From: Trichoplax sp. H2
Taxonomy: Eukaryota
Assembly (NCBI GenBank): GCA_003344405.1
Contig: NOWV01000002.1
Location: 62,001-126,000 of the forward strand
Length of the DNA stretch: 64,000 nucleotides
Direction of reading: 5' to 3'
Shown here: positions 41,676 to 64,000 of the stretch, one piece after another
Position numbering within the stretch: the first letter of the stretch is position 1
Layout of the letters: each line of letters starts with the position of its first letter
Made by a program: the position numbers and the translations under genes
The notes under the pieces: model-generated
Told to the model about the DNA's origin: nothing
What the model saw: the letters and a program-made list of their open reading frames with translations, nothing else
Database searches by the model: none

Positions 41676-44600
41676 TCAATTATCTTCACACTTCTTCAAC
41701 CAGAAGTGTACTTTATCATCAATATAATGGCGAAAATGTCGCAGAACACATACACCAACCGAATTATAGGATTCTTTTATTACCTAGAAAAATATTTGGG
41801 GCAATAAATAACCCGACAATAAGCGTGTTGTATGTGTATTTATTGCATCGCAATGAATAATGAGATTACATCAATACTGTAAAGTATTGATAAAATTTAA
41901 ATACTTACTTCAATCTCAAGTTCTATATCTTTTATTTTAAAAACCCCAGCGTACAGCTGCTTTTCTACAGTAGAATGGACACCATGGCTTGTGACAGTTC
42001 TTATGATATTTAATCCAAGAATTTCAACTATTTCCGGTTGAAGTGTCACAACATCACTACCTGTGTCGATTAAAAATGACTTCTGAATGTACATGCTATC
42101 CTCTTCAGGTGATCCAACTGCTGCCTTGATGCATAAGAATTCGTGTTTAGCGTTACTTAAGGCCTCCGGTTTAATCCAACTCCCAACACCTAAAGGCTCT
42201 TCAGGCTCAGTAATCCGGACATTTCCTTCTTTTAACTTTTCAACTATAAACAGCGATGGTGACATCAAAGTGAAATCTTAATAGATGTAAACTATGTTAT
42301 AACGATTTCTAGGATTATCAGATCACTATCTAACGAAAAATTCTGAACAAGTTAAAAAGCACAACTTGCGACATATTAAGTAAAGTCCGCTTAATAATAA
42401 TTAATTAATGTTACGATATTTTCACCATATCACGGCATAGTAATTTCATACTGTAATATATTTCTTACGATCTGTTCTGAAACAAATTTACGTTACACTT
42501 ACTCATTCTTGCAATTCGCTTGCGATGACCTGGAATCATGATTTCCACTTCATCCATAAAATCATCTACTTTAACTATTTGTTTACATTTACGGAGGCTG
42601 TCATAGCCTAATTGTACAATTTTAGAATGATACTTTTCTAATGCAAATTGGCGCAGCCAATGATATACTTCACCAGAGCCACTCCTACAATATGTTTTAG
42701 CTGCATTTTGCAAGACAATTTTGGTTTGTAAATAAAGTGCATGGCAAATAATTTAAAAGAAATAAAAAACAGATTCTATTACGATTTACTCTATCAACAT
42801 TACTCATAAAATATTTCTTCAAAAGAACGGAATAAAGTTTAATTTTTTCATAGTATCCGTTCAAATACAGCTTTATTAACTAGTTATACATATCATAAAT
42901 TAACCACGGTATAAAACAAATGGGTGTTAAGAATAATTAATTTATCGTCAATTGTATACATATAATGTGTATAAGTTAATCTATTTCAAGGAAAAATCGA
43001 AAGCTCGTGTAAATATCTCAAGTAGTGAAATTAAGAACTATCTAATCATCGTAATGTATATGCATACTTATAGAATTGCATGCATGATAAAGCTGATGTA
43101 GCTGTATAATTTCAATATGGTACGGATTACATCTCTTTAGGTGTAACCTGGCGTGATGTTGATTATTCTACTTAATGTATGTAATTCCAGTCTTACAGGT
43201 AATATTCTTATTTAACATCGATCAACACCAACTACTTGATAATCATCTATATACTGTTGTAATGTTATTTAATGGTATCATTTAAGACTATCTTGAATGC
43301 TTGTTTTATTTGATACAATTCTTATTTTTCTTATCCATAAGTACCCAATTATGCTTGTGATCTTTCATGTGCGTATACAAATACTGTACTAGTATCATGT
43401 TATTTTACAACTCAATGCAGTATCATCATTTTGAATGCTTATTTTATTTGATACGCTTGATATACGTACTTTAGTCTACATTACTGTACGCTGTACTAAA
43501 TATCATCGAGCGGTTCGCAAAGAGGCATGTCATCAACATTTCCATCTCCCATATTTCACAGTGTTAATCAGTTATGTTCAGTGGTATTCTATTTTATGTA
43601 CATCCACAGATGTACGCGTATTTCTACTTTTAAATTTTGCGGGTTTGCATGCTACTGTATATAACACATCTTTGTGATTTGTAAAGGTTATTATCATACA
43701 GTATAGAGCTATTATGCGTATAATAAGGGAGGAGATCGTACAACATTAATATTCTGCTTTGGACAAGAAACTAAGCAAATGCTCTTTGGCATGAGAATAT
43801 TAGTTAAGAAACTGAGATCGGAAGAGTTGACAGGCAATGATTCTATCATACGGCAAAGTCGATAGAATCGCTGCCAATCAAGTAATGCATTTATTTTGAT
43901 ACTGTATTGAATGATAAGCACAACTAACTGAATTACTATAGGTAGCTTCTATCCTGCACAACAGAAAGTATGGTAAACATTGGCCTTATCTCCATATGTC
44001 TATTACTGAACGAATCCATTCGATCCGATTATACAGTATAATCATCCTGTAGTCATTAACAACAAATATCAGCTATTAGCAACATTAGACAAATACGAAG
44101 ACTGAATGATAGGGCGCTAAGTACAGTAACAACGGAAAAAGGAAGCGCAAAGAATTTACACAAATAGAGACTCTTTTCAGTTCTAGCTAGATCAAGGTGA
44201 TCCTTTTAATAATATAAATAAAAAAATGGAAGACCGTAGTTGAACAGACTTAATGCAAGCTTTACTGTCTACTTACACTAATAAACTATTAGGATGATGC
44301 ATTATAAATTTGAGAAGCTACAAGTGATATGTGATTCAAAATGGTTATTGCCAAGGAGCGATTCATTCACTATCCATGTATATAGTATGATTATTATACA
44401 TCATCATATTCAGAACAATAAAAGAAAGATTCATATTTAAACAGCCTTTCAACTCGTCGGAGAAGCCAAAGCAAATCACAAGTCAATACTTGAATCATAC
44501 CTATGGATTGATTAATGTATCATTTAACTAGAATGGCGGATAAAAAGTTACCGATGTGCATCATATTGAGTAGAACTACTCTACGTGTAGATAATAGCAG

Positions 44601-45053
44601 GTAGTTACGATAGTAACTTATTAAGATGAAAATGCTGACTGTCACTTTGATTGTAAAAACGGATTATTCTCTTGCGACTAGATAACCTGACCAATAAATA
44701 ATGCCTGCCCTGCGTGTCAGATAGGACAAGTGCCTACGCCTGCTCGTCATGGCACCAATTTCAAGAGTCATTGAAATGAACTGCATATGTAGTAGACTAG
44801 CTCTAAATTGAACCATCAAGGTAGCACCTTTAGGCATATTACAATTGTGTTACTCACCTGCAGCTAAAATTTCACATCTATCTGTTGGATTTTTGATCTG
44901 CATTTGATCTAAATCGCTTTCATCTAGCATGCAAAGATCTTCTTCACAATCGTATCCTTGAGATTCAAAGCGGCTATGATAGCGATCATATAATCCAATG
45001 GGTTGTAACAACTTTTTAATGACCACGGTTGTAAATTCATCCCTACTGGACAT
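41676..45053 (-). CDS. 278-aa tandem SAM-SAM plus retropepsin-like (clan AA) aspartic protease, 4 exons (45053-44858, 42700-42503, 42243-41909, 41783-41676)
   Basis: The exons sum to 196+198+335+108 = 837 nt, in frame, all GT-AG. SAM1 is LLQPIGLYDRYHSRFESQGYDCEEDLCMLDESDLDQMQIKNPTDRCEILAAA. SAM2 is VYHWLRQFALEKYHSKIVQLGYDS...EIMIPGHRKRIARMIEKL. The protease carries FLIDTGSDVVTL and SVGVCVLRHF. Confidence 0.85.
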
Positions 45054-45106
45054 TTTAGCAGTACTTTTTGATCAACTTGCATGCACAAAAATGAATGGAT
45101 TGTTAT

Positions 45107-45265
45107 TGCCTTTGGTAATCGTTGATCAATCAATCAGTCGTCTGTTATTCGACGCGCAGATTGATCACTTTAATTGACAGTCTGGATGCCTTTAGTGATT
45201 GTTGATCAATCAAGCAATCGTCTCTTATTCGACGCCAAGATTGATCAGTCTAACAGACAGTCTGG
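45107..45265. repeat. Tandem duplication, 2 x 80 bp, just upstream of the SAM-protease ATG
   Basis: TGCCTTT(G/A)GT(A/G)AT(C/T)GTTGATCAATCAA...TTATTCGACGC...GATTGATCA...GACAGTCTGG starts at 45107 and 45187. Confidence 0.88.
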
Positions 45266-46002
45266 TTGGAAAATTGGAACTCTCGTAGTGATTAATCGAT
45301 GAATAAAAGACTAATTATTTATATAACGCGACTGTACGATCTACCGGTATTAAGAATGATCTGATTGACGTCTTTTGAACTATTCAAGTATCCATTTTTC
45401 CATTGAAAGTTGCAGTATATCGAAGAAGAAAAGAGATGCTACTACATTCCACACTTGCAATGGAGACTGCTGGCATTTCCTCTTTTAAAGCGATATCGCG
45501 ATCGCTTTAATATTGATTCTAAGCTGTTTTTATTTTCAAGCCAAATCAATGTGTCATACTGAGCAGGTTTAAGCTTGTCGGGTTGTCGTTGTCACTTGTC
45601 ATTCGTCACCAATCATTTGAATGGTATGACTTGAGTCACAGGATACCAATTCCTACAATCGTCGTACTGTACAGGACAGAACTGATGTGACGCACTCAGG
45701 AGTTATGAGTCATAACATGTACAGTCAAAGTATGAGAGATACTGTTGACTATAGACTAGAAACCTTTCGATTCCTTTCACACTACAGTACAGTACACTGT
45801 AAGCGCTACAATGCACTGCACACTCAGTGAGTGCACAGTACAGTAGTACAGTACGTCACTGAACAGTGAATAAGTGGGACTCTCCGATTAATTCAATTCA
45901 ATAAATTAACGTGTAGAAACATGATCACATCATCTTGAGATTTTCATTTATTCTTCCATCATCTGACTTCAAGTCGTTGTCATTATTTTCTTTTTCTAAG
46001 AC

Positions 46003-46764
46003 GAGTCGATTGAGCAGTAAACGATTCCAACGACAGCCAAAATCGGACTACTGTATAACCTATCATATTGGATAGTACTGTACCATGTTAATGTACATTG
46101 TAGCAGTAAAGTAGTGCGTCTCACACGCCTTACTCATCCTACTCAATCATTGAAGTGTTCAGTCAAAATCTGACCATAGCCTGTCATACCGTATTCTTCA
46201 ATGTACAGTACTGAGTACTGTACTGTACTGTACATTGTACAGTAAATGTACACTTGAAGTGGTGCAGCGCGTACGCACTAACGACACTCGTTCTGTGGAT
46301 GAGTCCGATTGAGTAGTAAACGATTCAAAACGACAGCCAAAATCGGACTATAGCCTATTCTATTGGACAGTACTGTACAGAATGTACGCTGTAGCAGTGA
46401 AGTAGTGCGTCTCAGACGCCTTACCCATCCTACTCAATCATTGAAGTGTTCAGTCAAAATCTGACTATAGCCTGTTATATTCTTCAATGTACAGTACTGA
46501 GTACTGTACTGTACTGTACATTGTACACGTGAAGTGGTGCAGCGCGTACGCACTAACGACACTCGTCCTGTGGATGAGTCCGATTGAGTAGTAAACGATT
46601 CAAAACGACAGCCAAAATCGGACTATAGCCTATTTTATTGGACAGTACTGTACAACGTAAATTGTAGCAGTGAAGTAGTGCGTCTCGCCTTACCCATCCT
46701 ACTCAATCATTGAAGTGTTCAGTCAAAATCTGGCCATAGCCTAGCATACTATACTGTTCAATGT
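46003..46764. repeat. Tandem repeat, ~2.7 copies of a 275-298-bp unit, in the SAM-protease/GMDS divergent promoter
   Basis: Units start at 46003, 46301 and 46576 (GAGTC(C)GATTGAG...CGACAGCCAAAATCGGACTA...CATCCTACTCAATCATTGAAGTGTTCAGTCAAAATCTG). The units contain GTACTGTAC blocks. Confidence 0.93.
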
Positions 46765-46769
46765 GAGCG

Positions 46770-46803
46770 GCATTCTACTCCAGTCCAGTCTGGAGTAGAA
46801 TGC
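46770..46803. other. Perfect inverted repeat, 14-bp arms, 6-nt loop
   Basis: GCATTCTACTCCAG-tccagt-CTGGAGTAGAATGC. Confidence 0.9.
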
Positions 46804-47132
46804 GATTCCAAACTCATTGATATTCGTCCATCCAGCATCTACGCATGCGCAATATTCAATCTTCCACCTCATCATTAGACCAATGATACGTCATACAGTA
46901 CCGTACTCTTCTCGCTAGTGGCATGAATGAGGGACATGTTGTCCATAGAAGGCCATGATTTTTTCTGGTGGTTCAGGCGTACGCCAGCTTACACCTCCTG
47001 TCGACCACTCGTACAGACGGTAACAGCAGTACAGTACAGTAGAGTGGACTCCGCTCAGTAGTGCGAACTCACCCGCAACGACCGCCTTCAAATTGCTGTC
47101 GATTCGTAGACTTTGTAAACTAATCTTTGAAA

Positions 47133-51544
<4,412 letters not shown>

Positions 51545-52974
51545 ATATTTTTGATATTCCTAAAGTTATTTCAAAGATAGTTTTTGTTCCAACTTTACTA
51601 CATCTTTAGTTAACTGTTGACGCTTTTACAGTTATATTTGGGTTCATGTATCAATATAGAACTTTTTATATGTTTGCATGGCAAAAGTCATTCTCTTGAA
51701 AATGGATGAATACGGCATCCTTGTACTTAATCGACAGCTAAAGCCTAATGTTTTAATTCTATTTATCTCGATCCCTTTGAGCAATGAGGATTTAATACGA
51801 TGTTTGTTTGCCATTGAAAGTTAGTCGATATTTCAATTCTAAAAGTTCACTAGTTGTCCTGGATTGTTTTTGAATTTAGATCTTCTTGAATAAAACTACG
51901 TCTAGCCTTATTACGTATTGTAAGAAGTTCATTTTGCTACGTATCTTGTCAATGAAACGAACAGCCTATGAGATTAATAATAATATAATGGTAGGCGTTA
52001 TGGATAAGTGGAAATTATTATTCATATTGATAACCCTCCTAGTTTCGAATATTATCTACTAGCTTTAATGCAATGAAAAGTTAAATTTCTTTTAAAACTA
52101 AAATGAAGTCTAATTTTTCGACCAGAGGGAGGTTGCTTAGGTAGGGAAATGTGTGATCCTCTGGCTGTGCAGCATTTCCCTAATTGGCTAAAAATATTGA
52201 AAAAGATACTTTCTGATTAGATCAGTTGATCTGCCAGTCCTCCGGTCGATTGTATAACTACCAGTTCAAGTTGTATAATGTGTATTGTACAGTATATGAC
52301 ATATATACGTCATTAACACTGCACTATTGCCTTTGTGTCCGTCAGGACAGTATAGTACAACACGAATTCCGGTACGTGCATTACACAGTACTAAGCAAGA
52401 GGACCTAATACTAGCTATTACATGGAATAAATACCATACCATACCAGTAGTTACATTTACTGATATACTTTACAAGCAATTGTAGAATTGCCAATTTTGG
52501 GATTGATAATCTTGCACCGGGATCAAAAGCAGTCCCAGTACAGTACCACGTACCAACATACAGTATAGTATACCGTGCATTAGAGTATAGAGCAAGTTAA
52601 AGGCATACTGTACACTATACAGTAGAGTATTAAGACAAACAGATCAACCAAAAAGTATAATTTGCAATTTCGTATACAGTACGATGAAGGTCTGTTGCTA
52701 TTGCGGCCGTGTGGTGTATTACTATTGATGGTTAAGTGCCCATACGTAACTATTGAGGCCGTATGGTGCACAGTCCAGCACAGTACGCCAGATCAAAATA
52801 CAGTACTGTAAGTGAAAAAAAATATCGAAGCAGTAAAGCTCGATATGCAGATAACTCAATAAAGTGTTTTAGGCGCTCCGAACCAAGCTACACTCTAAAC
52901 TAGTTGGAAGTGACTGCTCCAAGCAGAAAGGAGAAAAAAGCGAAAAACCGGGTAGTTTCATGGGGAAAAAACAC

Positions 52975-53810
52975 CGGTACTACTGTACTGTACAGTGTAC
53001 AGTACAGAGTAGAGTACGGTACTGTACAGTACAGTACTGGACTGTGAGTAGAAGACTTTTCACTGCAGCGTACAGTACTGTACAGTGTACAGTACTGTAG
53101 TCTGTAATTACAGTACTGTACTGTACAAGCTGGAAGAGAAGAGTGACAACGCTTTGTACTGCACAAGCTGGAAGAGAGAGTGACAACGCTTTGTACAGTA
53201 CTATACTGTACTGCACTTATTCCGTACCGCTGTGTACCAGTAATTTCTAGTAGCGCATGGTACAGTACGTACAGTACACGCAGTCTGTAGTCTTTACAGT
53301 ACAGTATAGTACATACTGTACTGTACAGTATATTGGGTACAGTACTGTACTGTACTATACTGTACTGTAGTCTGTAATTACAGTACAAACTGGAAGAGAA
53401 GAGTGACAAGATCTTGTATGCATTGCGCAGTGAAAAGTTTTCGTACACGCAGTCTGTAGTCTTTACAGTACAGTATAGTACTGTACTGTACAGTATATTG
53501 GGTGCAGTACTGTACTGTAGTCTGTAATTACAGTACAAACTGGAAGAGAAGAGTGACAAGATCTTGTATGCATTGCGCAGTGAAAAGTTTTTCGCTCACA
53601 GCACAATATTACAAACCACACCCAAGCTACAGTACTGTACAGTACAAGGATTTCCCAATTTTCTCTTTGTAACTTTGTACAGTACAGTACTGTACGGTAC
53701 TGTACTGTACAGTACAATGTACGGTACACTGTGCTGTACCGTCACAGCTAAACCTTTGAAGGATACAGTGCAGTATCTTTCAATCCTGCGCACAGTACAG
53801 TACTGGTACC
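52975..53810. repeat. Dense CAGTA/TACTG satellite with nested 150-170-bp tandem duplications
   Basis: TACAG/CTGTA units are near-continuous in both orientations. Blocks 53275-53443 and 53444-53595 are near-identical, and GGAAGAGA(A)GAGTGACAA occurs 4 times. Confidence 0.92.
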
Positions 53811-56141
53811 GTAAAAGGGTTTTAAAAGATTTTTTAATCCAGGCGCCATCCTGACAGCGAACCTTTAACGGGCATTGTGCGTACTGCACGCTTCAACGTT
53901 CCCATATCAATCAACGGTTGGAACGACTTTGAACCTGGAATATTGACAACGCGTTGCAACCGCGCACTTTACTATACTGTGCAGTATATACGTGTCTCAG
54001 CCAATACCTAACCAGGAAGATTTAGTAGGGAAGGAGATCCCTAGGGCGAACATTGAAAGTGCCTTGAAAGAACTGCTGTGCCTCTCCAAATCCACAATTA
54101 CAAATATTACTATTTCGACCATTTTCTTGTAGTACTGGATAACATTGGATGTTGGAATAAAGAAATCGGCTCTACTCTTTTTGAAGGCTTTAGGTAAGTG
54201 GCAGTGAGTAAATTTTCTTGTTGAAAGATCTACTACAATGCAGTCAGTGACATTATTAAATATGCAGTGTTGATTTGGTTAAGAACAACAGCCCCAAAGT
54301 TTAAAAGCATTCTACGCGCGTGTTTTCTGTCGGCATGGTTTAACTTTAATTACTGTACTGAAGAGAAACTGAAATCAACGAACAATATTTTTGTGGATGA
54401 ACAGGACTGTTCATAAAAGTAATGGAGCGAAATAGTTCAAAATTAGCCTAATCAAATCCTTCCTTGTTCATAAAATCGATACTTTACCGGCAATGGTTAA
54501 TATAAGGAATCTTAGCAATTGAGAAAATACTCTACTTCGTTCGACTTTTCAATATACTTCACCATAATAATTCAGTAGACGATTTGTACAGTGCTGTTAC
54601 TCATTGGAAAATACGCTATCACACTCTTATATTTCACAATCGCCATGGCTGACTAACGTTCATTGACATCAGTTACATAACCAAATCTACGGTAATAACA
54701 GTTGATGCTTGATCTTTCTGCACTTCAAGTAGTGTGATGTAAACCGTAACTATCACAATGATTGTCTCAAAATACGTGTGTCTGCTTACCCTATCACGTA
54801 ATCTACAGTACATATACAACGTCTAAGCTATATTAGGTAGGATAAAAACGTAGAAAACGCTCACTTTCATACAGCCAACTGATTGTGATGTCGATAAAGG
54901 CTGTAATTGTTGGACGACAGGCATCAATGTGCGCAAAATTCATACATCATTCAGGGTTAAAATCGCGCTTATATTGCCTGCAGCGTGACTAAAATACAAG
55001 AACTTTGATATGGAAAAGCTAATGATACCTAAAATAGCAACATCAATGCATACTAGCACTCGTAAATTACATTACTTGATAAGATAATGGACTTGATCAT
55101 GTTCCATGCAATAATGATAAGCTGATAACTGTCAAGTAATACTGGACGGTACTGAAGATTACTGTACTGTAGTCTTCTTTTGCCTCACTGTCATGACAGA
55201 AATCAGTACAGCACGTTCTCGTCTCTACGATATACTGTATATATATACTGTATGTCTGTATGACTAATGTACTGTACATAGCAGAAGATTCAGTAAGACA
55301 TAAAGTCTGCGATAAAAGTCCAGTGATCCCAGCTACTTATTCATTGAAAATATCGAAAATTGAGACTTGTAGAGTAGGTACAATAAGTTTTGTTTCGATC
55401 ACCATTTCTACAGTAATTTGCAAGCTTCAACGGAGGCAGCAGTAGTGCTCAGCCACCTCTCCTACAACACCGTCTAGTAGCGTACAGTACTGTAGTATCG
55501 TGGACGCTGTGCACTGGCAGTACTGTACTTGATATCTTTTCGCCACGATAGCATAAGTTGAAATGAGTACACGAAGAAGAAATTCTAGAATTATACTGTA
55601 ACAATCATTGAAATGCGTTGACTATCCAATTAGTAGAACAATGTTGATGATACGCTAGTTTTAAGTTCAATAAACCATTTGTACATTGAATAAAAATCAT
55701 AAAATAACAATGTCTGGAAATGGCAAGTCGATAGATCAAGTGTATCAGTCTTTAGTCAGTATCATCACCATACTGGAAAAAGAAAAGCCACTGACAACGG
55801 TGACTGTGCTCGTAGTGAAATCTCCATACAGTACAGTACAAAGCATGGAGGCTGTCATTAAAACAAGCTTTCACCATGAGCACACTGTACCGTTGTCAGT
55901 TGCTTTCTTTCTTTCTTTTATGTCTATAGTATGAATAAAACGTGGAGTGAACTTACCTCACTCACTACTGAACATTTAGCCGTCACAGTGATTGTACTCC
56001 AGTTTGCCATACACAACCCTACGTCTACGACTAAGATGAATAAAGAATGTTTTCTTTCTTGTTGACCTCAACTCTTCACTGAAATCAGACACCTGAATGG
56101 GTCAAGAAATGAATTGGAGGTCGACACAGTCTAGTCCACCC

Positions 56142-56172
56142 TGGATTGTACTGTAAACTACAGTACAATCCA
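56142..56172. other. Perfect inverted repeat, 14-bp arms, 3-nt loop
   Basis: TGGATTGTACTGTA-aac-TACAGTACAATCCA. Confidence 0.9.
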
Positions 56173-57721
56173 CTGTCCGAAATGACACAATAGGATCGGT
56201 CGTACAGTACGGTACTCTACTGTACACGTAACAGTATCTACAACTTGATAGAAATCACTATTAGTCTCTAGTAGTCCCAACATACAGTATGAAAACAGTC
56301 CACTACAAAATGTGGTCCAGTGCGGCTAGTACAGTACGTTAGTTGCCAATCAATCCTAATACAATACCATGATGCGCATAGACAACTCCATGCAGTACGG
56401 TAATGGTTGATCGAGTTTTTTATGGATGGTAAGAGAATATCAACCAACTACCTATCTGGCGAAATGTAAGAAAATGCTTGTCGATTTTGCAAACGTTACA
56501 TCACCATTAAGGATCTATGGACGCATGTACAGTATGCAGTACCATCAGTTGTTAGCCAAAGTCGTCCATCAATTAGACATTGTCGTTCAGTTTCTAGTCT
56601 ATGGAACACCGTGTAGTTATCATTAAGATACACCAGTCTTACCAGTAACCAAGTATGAAGAACTTGTATATATATATTATATATATATATGCAACACATC
56701 AATACCTTTTAGAACATAACATTATGCGACAAAAAGAGTACACCGTGTTTTCTGACAGTACTTCTGCGTTGTCACAAAGTTATCAACTTCAACATTCTAA
56801 TGAATGACGATATAGTGGATTTCCTAATCGATCATGAATTAATATCACCTTTTTACTTGATATCTTATCAAATTCTCTGCCTTTTTGCAAGACAGCAATT
56901 GTAATGTTGACTGTGATGCTATGATACTCCGGATCAAGTCCATTATACCTACCACCTTAACTACTTTCCATCTGTCCAACCTGGTTTCTAGTCTGGCAGT
57001 TAATTTTACATGTAATTTCGATCCACTTGAACATTCAAAGCCCAGCATCATTATGCTATTGCATTAATACACGTAGATAGCAACTTCTTCAATAAATAAA
57101 TGAATTACCAATATCCTATACGTATACGGTTACCGTTCATCACCACTCATGAATAGGTGACTACCTTCCTTCAGAAGAGCCTTCTATTTCTTTTTACTAG
57201 TCCAAACATCTTTATTTCAGAGAGGCTGTAATTATTCGTTTAAACTATCTTGACTAACCATAAAACGTTAAATCTCGCAGTAAAATACAGTAATAGCCTA
57301 GCTTTCACTCTAGTTTTAAGTGATCATTTCATCCTTTCGCTATATACGGAGTATATACTGTATATCTACACATGTATGAATGTCATTAACAAACTAGAGT
57401 ACCCTGTCTTCTACTGTAAGTAATATTTCTAGATTTTTGAAAAATTTGCAACTATCTCAGTTTTAGACGTCATACCTAACATATCATACTGTATAGTGAT
57501 GAAGAGATAATTTATAATAGTTCACTACGTCTTATATCCCTAATGACGTAAAATATCCGATTTATTTTCCAGCGTTGTCTGTATAAAGACTGTAAATGAA
57601 TGAAATTTTAATTTCATAACGTTCAAAGGAAGATCGTTCAGTTCTATTCTGCGGACTTGAATGCTACGTTTATTATAATTGGATATCAGTACTTACAGAA
57701 CTTGACGACTTCCTGACCGAT

Positions 57722-64000
<6,279 letters not shown>

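Noticed and set aside
41897..42268. DTG protease as an LTR retrotransposon remnant
   Set aside because: There is no gag, pol or LTR nearby. The ORF is intact, interrupted by an intron and spliced in frame to SAM exons.
52900..53889. Overlapping ORFs of 78-219 aa rich in YSTV/LYCT/VQY
   Set aside because: These are translations of the CAGTA/TACTG satellite, which is poor in stop codons. There is no domain signal.

Overview
This is AT-rich eukaryotic (animal) genomic DNA with many short GT-AG introns of about 70-110 nt. The gene content and compactness suggest a placozoan (Trichoplax-like); that assignment is an inference. Seven spliced genes can be rebuilt by hand: a CRAL-TRIO/Sec14-like protein (-), kinesin KIF15 (-), a KIAA1143 homolog (-) head-to-head with importin-4 (+), a 278-aa protein with two tandem SAM domains fused to a retropepsin-like (DTG) aspartic protease (-) head-to-head with GMDS (+), and the 5' part of a CHD6-9/kismet remodeller (+, runs off the window). 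The SAM-SAM-protease is the most novel item: an intact 4-exon gene whose architecture suggests a protease activated by oligomerisation. The second pattern is non-coding. All five gene-start regions carry CAGTA/TACTG palindromic repeats, and four of them also carry local 80-300 bp tandem duplications, one of which copies the KIAA1143 start codon. Gene bodies and the apparently gene-free first 9.6 kb largely lack these repeats.
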